The notes beneath the pieces are model-generated. The model had not been told where the DNA came from. It did no database searches and saw only the letters and a list, made by a program, of their open reading frames with translations. This document shows positions 1-11,180 of a stretch of 32,000 bases of DNA, one piece after another (positions within the stretch are counted from its first letter, which is position 1; every line of letters begins with the position of its first letter). The DNA comes from Amoeboradix gromovi X-113 (taxonomy: Eukaryota > Fungi > Sanchytriomycota), in NCBI GenBank assembly GCA_018985225.1, contig JADGIF010000031.1, positions 167-32,166 on the forward strand, read 5' to 3'. The position numbers and the translations under genes were made by a program.

Positions 1-401
1 ATTTCTTTAATTGTACTGAGTTCGTCATTTTTCTCTTGCAAGAGCGCTTTCAAATCTTCCGTTTCTTCATCTATGGAATATAACTTCGTCCTTAATTCAT
101 GCACATTTTTTGCTAAGTAAGAATTCACTAATTCTAGGCTACTGACTTCGTCATTTTTCACTTGCAAACGAGTAGAAATACTATTATTATAACATACGAC
201 AAGTCTCCCGTATTCTTTTTTTCTTTCATCTAACTGGATTCTTAACTGTTGTAAATCTTCTGAATCAGAACTAGGTGTATAAAAAGTACAAAAACCAACA
301 AGAAACCCTAGTATCAAAAAAACCAAGGGATGTAACACAGTACATACAGAATATACAATATAACCGATAACAGAACACCAAAGGAATGTCTCTTGGTACA
401 T
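1..401 (-). CDS. Membrane-anchored coiled-coil protein, 3' end outside the window
   Basis: Manual translation from ATG at 401 stays open to the window edge: MYQETFLWCSVIGYIVYSVCTVLHPLVFLILGFLVGFCTF (hydrophobic), then a heptad-rich region with an internal repeat LQVKNDEVSS / LQEKNDELST. Not in the ORF track. Confidence 0.6.
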   Translation of the reverse strand, partial: MYQETFLWCSVIGYIVYSVCTVLHPLVFLILGFLVGFCTFYTPSSDSEDLQQLRIQLDERKKEYGRLVVCYNNSISTRLQVKNDEVSSLELVNSYLAKNVHELRTKLYSIDEETEDLKALLQEKNDELSTIKE

Positions 402-483
402 AGGTCCATTCAAACCTTAAAGTTATATTAATTTTAAGTATGGAATATTAGCGAATGGCAAAAAGAGATGAAACCCAGTTTTA

Positions 484-1089
484 TTAATTTGATTTTATAA
501 TGAGACCAATAGTCTCTATTGCCTTTGTAATAATTTCGCATTGGCGATCTAAGATTGCAGTTTTGTGTCCATTCTTTATCTGTTCTGAGTTTCGGAGAGC
601 ATCTTCTAAAGATTTCACCAGGTCAGAATGCTTACTTGATATTAAGGCTTTAGGCTTTGTGTCACTTTTTTTGCCGTTTCTTGCGTCATGCTTTTCAAGC
701 AGTGCTTTTAATGACTCTTTGAAATTGGGTTTCATACTCTTGTGTTCAATTGCGGATTTCATTTTCGTGAGCTCTTTAATGGATAAATCTTTATTAGACT
801 TCAGCGAATACCCAATGTATCCACAAGCAAGAAATCTTAATTTTTCATTTTGTAATGCTACAATCAGATTTGACTTATCGAAAATCGGAGGTTTTCGAGG
901 AATGGAAGAATTGTTTCTTGTTTTCTCCTTCTTAATCTGCTCTGGAAGCCCTCCCATGGTTTTTTTGACGATCGCTTTAGCATTTTGGAGTAGTTTTTCC
1001 TTTTCAAAGACAACGTGCAGATAATAAGCATCTTTCAGTGCCATTTGAATATGCTTTGCCCTCACCTTTGGCGTCTTGCAATTCAGCAA
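484..1089 (-). CDS. Hypothetical Lys-rich protein (first ATG at 1044)
   Basis: 201-codon ORF in AT-rich DNA with protein-like composition; no recognised motif. Confidence 0.5.
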   Translation of the reverse strand: MLNCKTPKVRAKHIQMALKDAYYLHVVFEKEKLLQNAKAIVKKTMGGLPEQIKKEKTRNNSSIPRKPPIFDKSNLIVALQNEKLRFLACGYIGYSLKSNKDLSIKELTKMKSAIEHKSMKPNFKESLKALLEKHDARNGKKSDTKPKALISSKHSDLVKSLEDALRNSEQIKNGHKTAILDRQCEIITKAIETIGLIIKSN

Positions 1090-1566
1090 AACTATGATTG
1101 GCAGTCTTTTAATCCCGTTGCGGTTGCGTAAAGAAGTGCGAAGTGAGAGTAACCCTGCATATGATAATTACTCCATTGTATATACGCACCACAAGCCCCA
1201 TTATATGAATTAAAGTAGCAGAAATAATGTTTGGTGTAATGCTTCTAGGGATTTGAAATTTATTTCACCCCAATCATGGATCAGGATATCGATAGTTTCC
1301 TTCCAAGTAAAACATACGCCACTCAATTCGAAATAGAATTTGCTGAAAAGCCGATTGCCCATAGCGCAAGGAATTTCACTAATTCTAATCATAGCGGAGG
1401 GTACTTGGGTTTTGGAATCAATGGCTAGTTAAGGATTAGCTCAATTTTATAAGTGTAGCAGTAGGGTCTTCATAAGAGAACTTTCAAAAGCGGAATGTTG
1501 AGATCGTAAGAAGTATGAAATCCTACAAAACCGTTATTAACATTGGATGAAAATTAACCCACAAAC

Positions 1567-1587
1567 CCCTAATCCCTAATCCCTAAT
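1567..1587 (+). repeat. Telomere-like (CCCTAAT)x3 microsatellite
   Basis: CCCTAATCCCTAATCCCTAAT read directly, about 40 nt upstream of the ATG at 1626. Confidence 0.7.
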
Positions 1588-1625
1588 TTGGCGTTGTCTG
1601 GTAGGGAATCTCCTTGTAAATACCC

Positions 1626-2507
1626 ATGGATCACCAATGGTATCGTGAAATTTCAACTCAAAATGGAAGCGATCATCGTGGAATTCACTTATATTGTAAT
1701 ACTAAGAAATGTAAAAGTGCTGAAAGTGCTACTAAAATTGCGGGTCCATCCTCGATCTATTTTATCACGAATTCTGATAAAAAGTATGATAAGACAAATA
1801 GTTCACAAGGTGGTCAAAAGAATAAGAGTGAATTGTCTGTATGGTTATTTTGTGGAACCGATGTCGACACTGTAAATTTGAAATCAGTTGGATCTAATAT
1901 TAATCCGTCAAAAGGATTTCATCAATTTGCCAATTGTGTTAAGTGCGACAGTAAACTCGGTAATGCATATCCGATGCTTGATGGTCTCGATGATCCGTTA
2001 AAACTTCGATTTAAGTTGACTTTATGGCGAAAGGATAAAGAGGAGCCACAAATTCTCTTAAAAGGAGCAAACGGAATTGAATTAACAGAATCTGTTATTC
2101 CTAATTTAAAAATGGAATCAACAAATAGTGGTGAAACTGCTAATAAAAGTAATGTGGAAGCAATGACAAAAGTATTGACAGAAATGAATATTGAGGAATG
2201 CGATCAGCCATTTGTAAATGCCATTACGAAATCCATTTCACAGATCAAAAGTGCTATCGCTAAATTGGATATCGATAACTCTGATGAATTATGGAAACAA
2301 AAATTAAGGAAACAATCCTTTCAAATGCTTGAGGATTTATTAAACACTGATAACAAAGCTGAAATGAGTGAATTAGTAAAGAAGGAATTGGATAAAATGA
2401 AGTTGAAATATAAAGATTATAATTTTATTGATTTGTATTATTGTATTTTTCGTTATTTAAAAAAAAAGATGTTACAATCGATGCTAAAAAGGAGGGATTA
2501 CGATTAA
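1626..2507 (+). CDS. Hypothetical protein with Cys/His-containing N-terminus and helical C-terminus
   Basis: 293-aa ATG-initiated ORF; HLYCNTKKC and CVKC could bind Zn; no family recognised. Confidence 0.65.
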   Translation: MDHQWYREISTQNGSDHRGIHLYCNTKKCKSAESATKIAGPSSIYFITNSDKKYDKTNSSQGGQKNKSELSVWLFCGTDVDTVNLKSVGSNINPSKGFHQFANCVKCDSKLGNAYPMLDGLDDPLKLRFKLTLWRKDKEEPQILLKGANGIELTESVIPNLKMESTNSGETANKSNVEAMTKVLTEMNIEECDQPFVNAITKSISQIKSAIAKLDIDNSDELWKQKLRKQSFQMLEDLLNTDNKAEMSELVKKELDKMKLKYKDYNFIDLYYCIFRYLKKKMLQSMLKRRDYD

Positions 2508-4434
2508 TTAAATTAGAATAAATTAAAGATTCTGTTGAACTCAGATTTTTCATCTCTCCTAGTTGGAGTTTGATGCACAATTGAATTGAATATCTTTTAT
2601 TCTTCGCTTTCAAATTCATTGCCATTGCCTCTTTTTTTTGTAATTCTCAGGTTTATGTTTATGGCCTCAATCCCACCCAATAGCTTCTACCTTGTCATCA
2701 ATTGTGTCTTTTTGTTTAATAGAACGTGATGGTGTTTCCTTAGGAGTTGTTCACTGAGATAAATCAGAATGATATCAGGATGAAATGGCAATTCAACAGC
2801 CTTCATTGCGATTTGAGCTAATGGCGCTTTTCTTCAGGACGATCTCAATTGCCATTTGCAACACTGAGCAGCGAGCACTGCGTAATAAAAATTAGATTAG
2901 ATAAACAAAAGAGTTGTCCCGAGGTATACTCCCCAAACTACGGTGACTCTGAAAGCTAATAGTAATAGTAAAATCCAGTTGATATAGATGTTATCATAAT
3001 GAATGTAAATTTACTTGCTAAATATTAAAATCCAGACTTTTGCCAATTCGAAAGGGTGTTATCAAACTTGAAGTCAAGCAAGTCTATCATGGTACTGCAA
3101 AGAGTATTAGTATTGATGATGACTTGTATATTTCGAATGTCACTCATATTATTGGTGGTAATAAAGAGATTCCATCCGACAACGTATCTGATTTTGAAAT
3201 GATTCAAAATATATTGTATACCCTCAAAGATAGTGTATTATATAAAGATTCAACGTATTTAATAGAATCCAAATATTTTAAAATAATAACAAATGAATTA
3301 AAACAACAGATTTCCGTTCAACCTTGAGTTCAGAAGTTCTATATCTAATCATAGATCTGATGTTTTATGGCATATATCTTCATGTCGAAATGTATAAATC
3401 TTACCAGTTTTCGTAGTTTGTTTCGTTGAATTTACACTGAATTATAAATGTTTCTACAAATAATTGTGAAAACTTTAAGTGCGATCAATAGTAATTTCTA
3501 ATAAGGTTTAAACTAAAGTCAGGGTATTGATAAACAAACAAGTAAATAAGAAGCTAGCTGGTGATTAACCAAGCAGTCATTTTTGTATTAAGAATGCAAA
3601 ATGAGTTTCATTTAAAGAGATAAATATAATGTTGAAAAGTAAAGCTGATTTGGGACTAATGAGATTTTAGAGTCTTAATTCAATTAATGGGGGGTTCATG
3701 AAAAAGATCCTCAATAAAGATTCAAGATTCAAGAAGATGTTTTAATATTGTAATGTATTTATATACTAGCACTTAAATCCTTAAGTAAATTTTTATGTTG
3801 GTGTTCTTCTTAATGAATTAGATTTTAAGGAAGGAATCAAAATTAACAAATCAACAAAAATGGATTCAAATTAAAGTGAATCTATACAATACAAGATGAA
3901 AAATACTCAATATTAATTATTCAACATTAAAATTCAGGCTTGCTATTCCACCTTTGAAATAAAATAAATGGCGCATTGTCTTGATTGTTCGATATCTTTT
4001 TCGGATCTATTTGAAAGGTATGCTAAATGGTGATCCAGTTTAACTTTAAAACCGCGCAAAGACCGATAAACATATTCTCAGAGTCAGTTACAGGTAATGA
4101 CTCTATTTACTATGTAATCGTTCCAATACTATCCTATATATCCCACTCCCTACTTATAAGATGTCTTGAGAATGATGAAGCCATCTACCATTCAATTCCA
4201 TTCTTCTATTTGAGCAACAAGTCATGGTTATCTATACCTTTCATCCTATATATTTCTATCTCAGTTGCATACTCGTTCTTAATATGTACTCAGCGTATAA
4301 TGGTAGTTCATAAATTAGGTATTCTATTTCGTTATAATGATATGCATTCTCTCTTGCTCAACCATATAGTATATCTTCCACTTGCTTCACTTCATTCGCT
4401 GATAGCATTCCATCTCTCATCCTTCATATGAAAG

Positions 4435-4612
4435 AATATCTACCACTTCATTCACGTATTAGATTTCATCTATGAGTGAGATCCATAGTACATGATATCT
4501 TCCATTCCATCTAATATATGTATTCATATTATTCATAATGGCTATGTGACTATTCATTGACTTCAATACTAGTCATTCCATCTCGATCTGTCATAAATGT
4601 ATTCCTTGTTAT
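4435..4612. repeat. Diverged dispersed repeat, copy 1
   Basis: Shares blocks such as TAATGGCTRTGTGACTATTCATTGMCTTCAATA and TCATAAATGTATT with 6947-7100. Confidence 0.65.
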
Positions 4613-4776
4613 TATAAAAGTGGGCAAGTAGTTACGAACTGTTTCCATCCTATTCTGCTGTTCATCTTGTCTTCTAATTGTACCGGTTAACAGGGCTAAA
4701 GTGATTGGATCAATGTTTACCATGCATTTTCCAGTTTTTCATTTTATTTTATATTTTATTTCTTAGGCCAAGGCAA

Positions 4777-5112
4777 TTAATCGGGCTTCTCTTTTGAATA
4801 CTTTAGACAATTACGATGTAATCCAACGGCCAGATACTTCATCTCATCCGTCTGATTCTGGACGAATTCAATATTAAATGGTGGCCATATTCTTAAAGCT
4901 ACCATTTCAAGCTGATATGGTAATGGTTCAACTTGTTCAAGGAAACAGTCACAAAAGCAATCCTGATAATCCCCAGAATATAATCGAATTCTGTACCATT
5001 CACGCATTAACAAGACAAAATCATTTACATCCTTTTTTCCAGTAATAAGATCAACCTTTACTGAGTAATTAAACGTATTACAAAAACAAGACTTCGGACA
5101 TTCACATGCCAT
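4777..5112 (-). CDS. Small Cys-rich protein with a DUF4116-like C-terminal repeat
   Basis: 111-aa ATG ORF; IEFVQNQTDEMKYLAVGLHRNCLKY resembles the DUF4116-type repeat (IQYVKNQTEEICLEAVK...L.Y). Confidence 0.5.
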   Translation of the reverse strand: MACECPKSCFCNTFNYSVKVDLITGKKDVNDFVLLMREWYRIRLYSGDYQDCFCDCFLEQVEPLPYQLEMVALRIWPPFNIEFVQNQTDEMKYLAVGLHRNCLKYSKEKPD

Positions 5113-5169
5113 TTATTTTCACGAGAAATATTCATATGATTATATAAAAAAGGTTTCTTTAAACAAAAT

Positions 5170-5559
5170 TTATTCATAGTCTGGAAAAACGTAATCTTCC
5201 ATGGCAATTTTATATGAAATAATAAAACAACAATCATCTGTATTGTTCGGGAAAAGCAACTCTTTGACCTCAAACATCTCGACATTGTAACCAGAATTCA
5301 TCAACTCTTGAATCAACGTATCTTGCATTTTGTTCACCATGACGTTCTGTTTGTCAAATTTGAACGCCTTGAATTTATAGGCATCCATAATCTCAGTCAC
5401 ATTGACTTCCATCATGTCCACTTGTAAACGAAACGAGCGCTGAAGCGCATGACTGACAGCCCTTCTAATCTCTTCCAAGGAACGACTAAATGCACTCATT
5501 CTATGTTTTGGATAACAGTCTTGCACATTTTCAGGTGTTCTAAAAACTGGCAGCACCAT
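5170..5559 (-). CDS. Hypothetical protein
   Basis: 129-aa ATG ORF, co-oriented with 4777-5112 and 57 nt from it. Confidence 0.55.
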   Translation of the reverse strand: MVLPVFRTPENVQDCYPKHRMSAFSRSLEEIRRAVSHALQRSFRLQVDMMEVNVTEIMDAYKFKAFKFDKQNVMVNKMQDTLIQELMNSGYNVEMFEVKELLFPNNTDDCCFIISYKIAMEDYVFPDYE

Positions 5560-6946
5560 TATCCTCCTGCTTCACCTTTTCATTTTTTCAGGTCTTAAGG
5601 AAAGTAGTTGCCCCATCGACGATGAAACATGAATTCTGTTGCTCTGGTAAAATTAAAACTTTACCTCATCAACTTTTTCCTTGGTTTATTATTTCTCATT
5701 ATTATAGTACCATACACGTTTGGAGGGTTCATTGGTTTCTATTATACTACCAACTGGTTCCCTATCCTTGGTTTGGCAATATGTCTCTTTAATAATTGCC
5801 CCAAAATCATTATTTCATTGGTGCCACAGAAAACTTTAGCGAGAAAGGCAAAGAAAATGTCATCACTGGTTCAAGAAATAATCTATTTAAAGTAAATCAC
5901 AACATGTTATTTCCTCAAGTATTTCCAGCATATTTAAAATTTAAACAAGGGCAAGAGATTTCAGATCAAGATAGACAACACTGTTATTTAATCGACCCAT
6001 ATGTGTTAGAATACTGCATTCATATAGGTCTAACTGAAATAGAATTTGCTACATTTGCAGCTCATATTATTCAACATATCGGTGACAGCGATATTACCAC
6101 AAATTATCGACAGACATTGTAGAGAAACAACTCTTGCATTATTAATGGTCGGGAATTTTCCTGCGGCGATTTTGGTTATGGAACACGAAATGTAGAAGTA
6201 TGGCAAGCTGCTGCTGTGTTTCGATTTTTGTATTTTTCCAATGGTTCTATCAACAAAAAATTGCGACACAATAGAGATTTTGAATAAAATTGATTAACTA
6301 TTTAGATTTATAGTAACCCGGAGCCCTATGCTTCAAATTTCATCATAGCGTTCTACTGTTGACAAAGGCTTTATCATCTTATTCCTCAGTCGTCTTTTAC
6401 CCATAACTCAATTGTAGTAGATAGATGTATAAATGACCAGGCATCTAATGCGAAATTATTGTTTTATGCATTTAACGAGAATAAAAAATAAATCGGTAAA
6501 TGTTAAAAATTAATGATGTTTGGTTGAACATTAAAATTGTTAAATTGCAATCTGATTTTAAATGCTTATGATTTTATGGATGAAATGTCAGCTTTGAGTT
6601 TGACTGAATCAAAAGAGATTGCTATTCTGTTGAGAATGAAAGGCAGTGATTTCGTTGGTAGAATGTGTTGTAATAGTAACTAACAGACTTATTTAAAGAT
6701 GCCATTAAACAGTCGAAGTAAATCAAAGGTACTAAATGATATGTTAGAATCGCTACTGGTTGCATCTAATAGTCATGAGAATATGAAATTAAATCCCAAT
6801 TTGGTAGTGCCATTTATTTGTAACCAAACAAATCTTTGTTAAGAGTTGTAAGAAAAGACCAAAAAATCTTGGCAAGGAAGGTATTTTCTAAATCAACGAT
6901 CAGCAAGAGACAAGAATTAGATTAGATTGAAAAATTAAATAACAGG

Positions 6947-7100
6947 ATATCTCCCATTTCATTCACTTATATGATTCCATTACATCTATGATTCTTACTC
7001 ATGGCTAATATTCTTAATGGCTGTGTGACTATTCATTGCCTTCAATAGCTGATAAGTCAATCCATATTCTCTATCATAAATGTATTATCTCTTCGGTTAT
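6947..7100. repeat. Diverged dispersed repeat, copy 2
   Basis: Similar to 4435-4612, same orientation. Confidence 0.65.
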
Positions 7101-7444
7101 TCATTTCACTATGGATACGAGTGATTTTGGTTCAATGGCTCTCCCGTGAGTGGGAGACGAACATTCAATGGTGGTTTATAAACAATGTATTCTATTTCTT
7201 TAAAAAGTTAGCGTAGTCAATGCGATAAGTTTAGGAATTATAAAAATAAACTATGAAATGGGAATTAATTTTTTATTACACCGAAACTTATAATTTGGTT
7301 TTAAAGAAAAAAAACATTATAAATATAGAAATATGAATAGGGTCATTTCGCGAAATCTAAAGATAATATTGTTTTACATTATTTGATTCGTCAATAACTT
7401 GAAATGCAAATCTAAATGAAAGGGACAAACTCAAAAAGGGGGTC

Positions 7445-7700
7445 TCAAATAAACGATAACTGGTGTAATGAGCCTTGTGCAGTTTCACTATAAACGCATT
7501 TATACTTAGACATGCATGGCTTAATCTTTGAGACAAGCATATGACTACTGGCAGGATCAACCAGATAGCTACCGACACAAGGCGTGCTGTCCACGCCCAC
7601 GTGTTTTCTTCGGCCGACCGCGTCTCTCCGCTGTCGCTGCTTCTGTTGCCAGTGTCCGTCCACCGCACAGCTCCGCCGCACTAGACACACTTGTGCTGTC
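7445..7700 (-). pseudogene. Orphan rDNA fragment: first 123 nt of 18S plus proximal 5'ETS, with a ~350-bp ETS deletion
   Basis: 7445-7567 matches 31320-31442 (18S 5' end). 7568-7665 matches the ETS with one extra base. The copy then jumps at CCACCG to sequence resembling 31890 onward. Confidence 0.9.
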
Positions 7701-7789
7701 CATATTATGTACAACTATATACTGTGCAAACTATGATAACTATATATAGTGCCTTGTTTATGATCCGTGCTCAAGTCGGGCTCATGCTC

Positions 7790-8009
7790 TTTGTCTGCTA
7801 TGGTAAATAAAAATGTTTTACGGATATATTTTGTCGACTTGATTCAGTTGCATGTTTTGCACAAATGCTATCTGCATATAAGAGATGGGTTAGTAACTGT
7901 TCTAGCACACTAGCACTAGCATACTACGAGTACTCAAGTGCATAATGACAGTATTCGAATGCATACACCCATACTCACATCAGATGCCGAACCCCAAAAA
8001 CCCCAAAAC
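7790..8009. repeat. ~220-bp rDNA-spacer-associated repeat, copy A
   Basis: TTTGTCTGCTATGGTAAATAAAAAT...GCCGAACCCCAAAAACCCCAAAAC; homologous to 25113-25334 and 14704-14874. Confidence 0.9.
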
Positions 8010-8223
8010 CACGTTGATGCTTAATTAGTAGTCCTTCAGTACGATCCGCTATGATTCGAACTTGCAAGATTTCTTGCACTATGGTAATCGGCCTCTCAGC
8101 AAATTCAAGTTTGGGTTGGGTGGCGTAAATTGTATTACGTGGAGGAAACTATCAATACATGCTGCATGATTGGTGTGGAGTTGATTTCAAAACCCTAAAG
8201 GTTTACCCCAACATTGATTCTCC

Positions 8224-10407
8224 ATGACACATCAAAACACATCGGACGCTACCTTAATTCGTCTGGTTGTTCACGAGGCTATAAAGAGTCTAGACACCGC
8301 ACCGACTCTGAAAATGATTCCCTCAAAAATCAATAGGTTAAAGAAGATGTTGGACGTTTTCCAGCCTCATGTTCTTCAAGAAGCAGCGCAGAGTATTTTA
8401 GCACCTAAAAATAAAAAGTCGTTTGACATCAACAGTGTAGAGATCAAAAATGGTGTAATTGAACTTCGATACACCGCATTAAACAACAATGAGAATCCCA
8501 AGTATCCTGTTGAGATGTATGAAAACGATTTAACGCTAGTTACACAAAATGATGGCTATTATGAGGAATCTGATATGAAGGAAATACTGCGTCGTCGGTT
8601 TAGATTTGCAATTGTAGCCAAGGTTAGAAATGATTCTTCCGGAGGGATTAAAAGAGGGTTGGTCGCACAATTGCATTTCGTTGAAAGTGGTCAAGGCAAT
8701 GATTTGGACATACATGAAGTGAAACATATATTGAACTCGGTTTGTAGGGTGGATGTTTTAACTACAATGGTTCCATTCATTCGCGTCTTTAAATCGCTGA
8801 TATCTAGTGAAATGCACGAGCAGAGTCCTTTGCTTGACATAATTCTGAAAAACGGAGAAAGGAGTAAATGGAATCCGCAGGACTACAGGAGCATAAAGTT
8901 TCTTGAAGAAGATCGGCATTACATCAAGTTAAACAGATCTCAAAAGGAGGTCTCAAATCATGTAATACATGCGATGGGTAGGACTTCGGATTTGACACTA
9001 GTCCAAGGCCCGCCAGGTACGGGAAAAACATGTACTACTGCTGTGATGATATTCAACGCTGTACGTCATCCTTTGAGAAATGGTCCCATTGTTGTATGTG
9101 CACCTTCTAATGTTGGATTGGCAAGAACTGCAAATAAGTTTGTAGAGATGTACTGCGAAGCTAAGATGTTTGATTTGAATAAAATCGCTATTTTAGGAAG
9201 GGATGACAAGATGGATAATGGAAAAGTGTTATCAACTATGGCGTTCAAGCGATTCTACGGAACTAATGTTGATATTGGATTCAATAAACAGTGGGATAAG
9301 ATAAAGTACAGGATAGAAATCATTTTTTGTACCGTAAGTTGCGTAATGTCTAGAAGAATGGAAAACATCGACTATTCACATGTGTTTTGCGATGAAGCTG
9401 GCCAATTGGACGAGGCCAGTACCTTGATGCTGATTCAGAATTCAGTCAAGCAACTCGTTATGGTAGGCGATCCAAAACAATTGCCACCTTTCACATCGAT
9501 AAAAGGTGCCAAGGCTCTTCGCTCTAACAGGAGTTTATTCGAAAGATTCTGGGAGCTGAATTATTCCTGTTGTGCCGTGTTAAGCACCCAGTACAGAATG
9601 GATCCTGTTATGGCTAAAATGGTTTCTGACTTCATGTACGATGGTAAACTACAAAATGGTGACAACGTATACAAACACTCAATGGACTTTGATTATCCAT
9701 TCAAGACACTTGAGTTTATTAATGTGAATGGGACCGAGGTGAACTGTAAGACCAGTTTTAAAAATGAAAAAGAAGCACTAAAAATCGTGAAAGTTATTGA
9801 TCAGATATTTGATAAGCGCAGGCTGAAGGACAGAGATTTGGATGGATTAGCTCCATCTATTGGTGTAATTACTGGATATGCAGCGCAGAGAGATCGTATA
9901 CGCAGTCTCCTCAGTCATCGTAAAAACGAGGATATTCAGATTGATACAATTGATTCATTTCAAGGGCAAGAAAAGGATATTGTGATATTATCCTTGGTGA
10001 GAACTACTACTATTGGGTTTAACAAGGATCGTAATAGAACAAACGTTGCAATCAGTCGTGCTAAGAAGTCGCTATTAATTGTTGGAAAGTATGCTATTTT
10101 TGCAAGAAAGGAGCCGTGGAAGAGCATTATCCAATACACAAGTGAAATAACAGAAGACGTGGATAAAAGAAACGATAGTTGGAGAAGGAATAGAGTTTTA
10201 TCTGCATATCAACATCTAGCTACAGAAAGCGAGAGTAGAGAAAAGAAAAGAACAACAAACGAGTATACAAAGAATAGACAAGTAAACGCTGAAAGCAGTT
10301 CTCAATATAGAGAAATCATGAGACAAGCGAGGTTAGAATCACGGAGAAAAGAGAGAGAACGCGTGGTAATGGAAGGTCAACAATCCTATAGCTGTGCAAT
10401 ATTATAG
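8224..10407 (+). CDS. Superfamily 1 helicase, Upf1/Sen1/DNA2-NAM7-like (AAA_11 + AAA_12)
   Basis: All motifs present: QGPPGTGKT (I), VCAPSN (Ia), DEAGQ (II), VGDPKQLPP (III), SLFER, QYRM (IV), TIDSFQGQEKD (V), RTNVAISRAK (VI). AATAAA follows shortly after the stop. Confidence 0.93.
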   Translation: MTHQNTSDATLIRLVVHEAIKSLDTAPTLKMIPSKINRLKKMLDVFQPHVLQEAAQSILAPKNKKSFDINSVEIKNGVIELRYTALNNNENPKYPVEMYENDLTLVTQNDGYYEESDMKEILRRRFRFAIVAKVRNDSSGGIKRGLVAQLHFVESGQGNDLDIHEVKHILNSVCRVDVLTTMVPFIRVFKSLISSEMHEQSPLLDIILKNGERSKWNPQDYRSIKFLEEDRHYIKLNRSQKEVSNHVIHAMGRTSDLTLVQGPPGTGKTCTTAVMIFNAVRHPLRNGPIVVCAPSNVGLARTANKFVEMYCEAKMFDLNKIAILGRDDKMDNGKVLSTMAFKRFYGTNVDIGFNKQWDKIKYRIEIIFCTVSCVMSRRMENIDYSHVFCDEAGQLDEASTLMLIQNSVKQLVMVGDPKQLPPFTSIKGAKALRSNRSLFERFWELNYSCCAVLSTQYRMDPVMAKMVSDFMYDGKLQNGDNVYKHSMDFDYPFKTLEFINVNGTEVNCKTSFKNEKEALKIVKVIDQIFDKRRLKDRDLDGLAPSIGVITGYAAQRDRIRSLLSHRKNEDIQIDTIDSFQGQEKDIVILSLVRTTTIGFNKDRNRTNVAISRAKKSLLIVGKYAIFARKEPWKSIIQYTSEITEDVDKRNDSWRRNRVLSAYQHLATESESREKKRTTNEYTKNRQVNAESSSQYREIMRQARLESRRKERERVVMEGQQSYSCAIL

Positions 10408-11180
10408 TTTGAACAATTTGAAAGATATAATATAATAAATATTTAGCACTAGAATGCAGAATGTTTTATGATTATTTACTAACTGCTATGTTAGCACAGC
10501 GTTAAGAAAGGGAGAAGATTTCATTGAAATTTCTTTAGCAATTCACAAAGAATACTAATCAGCTTATTACGCCATTAAACTAAGCTAACTTGGGCTATTT
10601 CAGAACGAAAGACGGAAGAAACACAATATTCACTTAAGCAAGTTAGATCCCTCCCTAAACTTTGCGCTTCTGATGCGTTTATCTTTACCATTGAGGTATG
10701 TGTTTCTAAATTTCTGTTCCAAGGCCTTGCCACATGTGGAGAGAGCAAAGCTACTCACTATGATAGACAACAGTAGACTTGTTGACCTGCTCATTTATGG
10801 GTACAGTATATGCTGACTTTTGGTGGAATGATACACCTTTAGACAAATACAAACCACCCAATACTGCATTTTTGAAAGGCATTTCAACACTCGAATGTTA
10901 TTTTAGTCGATTGAGAAAGACATCTACCACTGCAGTCTGCCACTTTATGTTACATCAGTTCCTGAACTGGCATAATATCAATAACACTCGGAGCTTACTA
11001 GACGTTTTACTATCATTACCGCTTGACTATTTTCTCGAATAAATAATTTATCGCGAATTTGTATATATTTTTGTATCATTTCAAGACTTTTCCAGATTTT
11101 TCTAATAGCTTAAACACTCGATATTCTTCCTTTCGCAAATGGTAAATCAATTCTAAATAAATAATTAACAGGTACAGGAT

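Noticed and set aside
500-1024. 174-aa plus-strand ORF
   Set aside because: Antisense shadow of 484-1089 with Phe/Ser-rich composition.
7357-7749. ORFs over the orphan 18S fragment
   Set aside because: They are translations of rRNA/ETS sequence.
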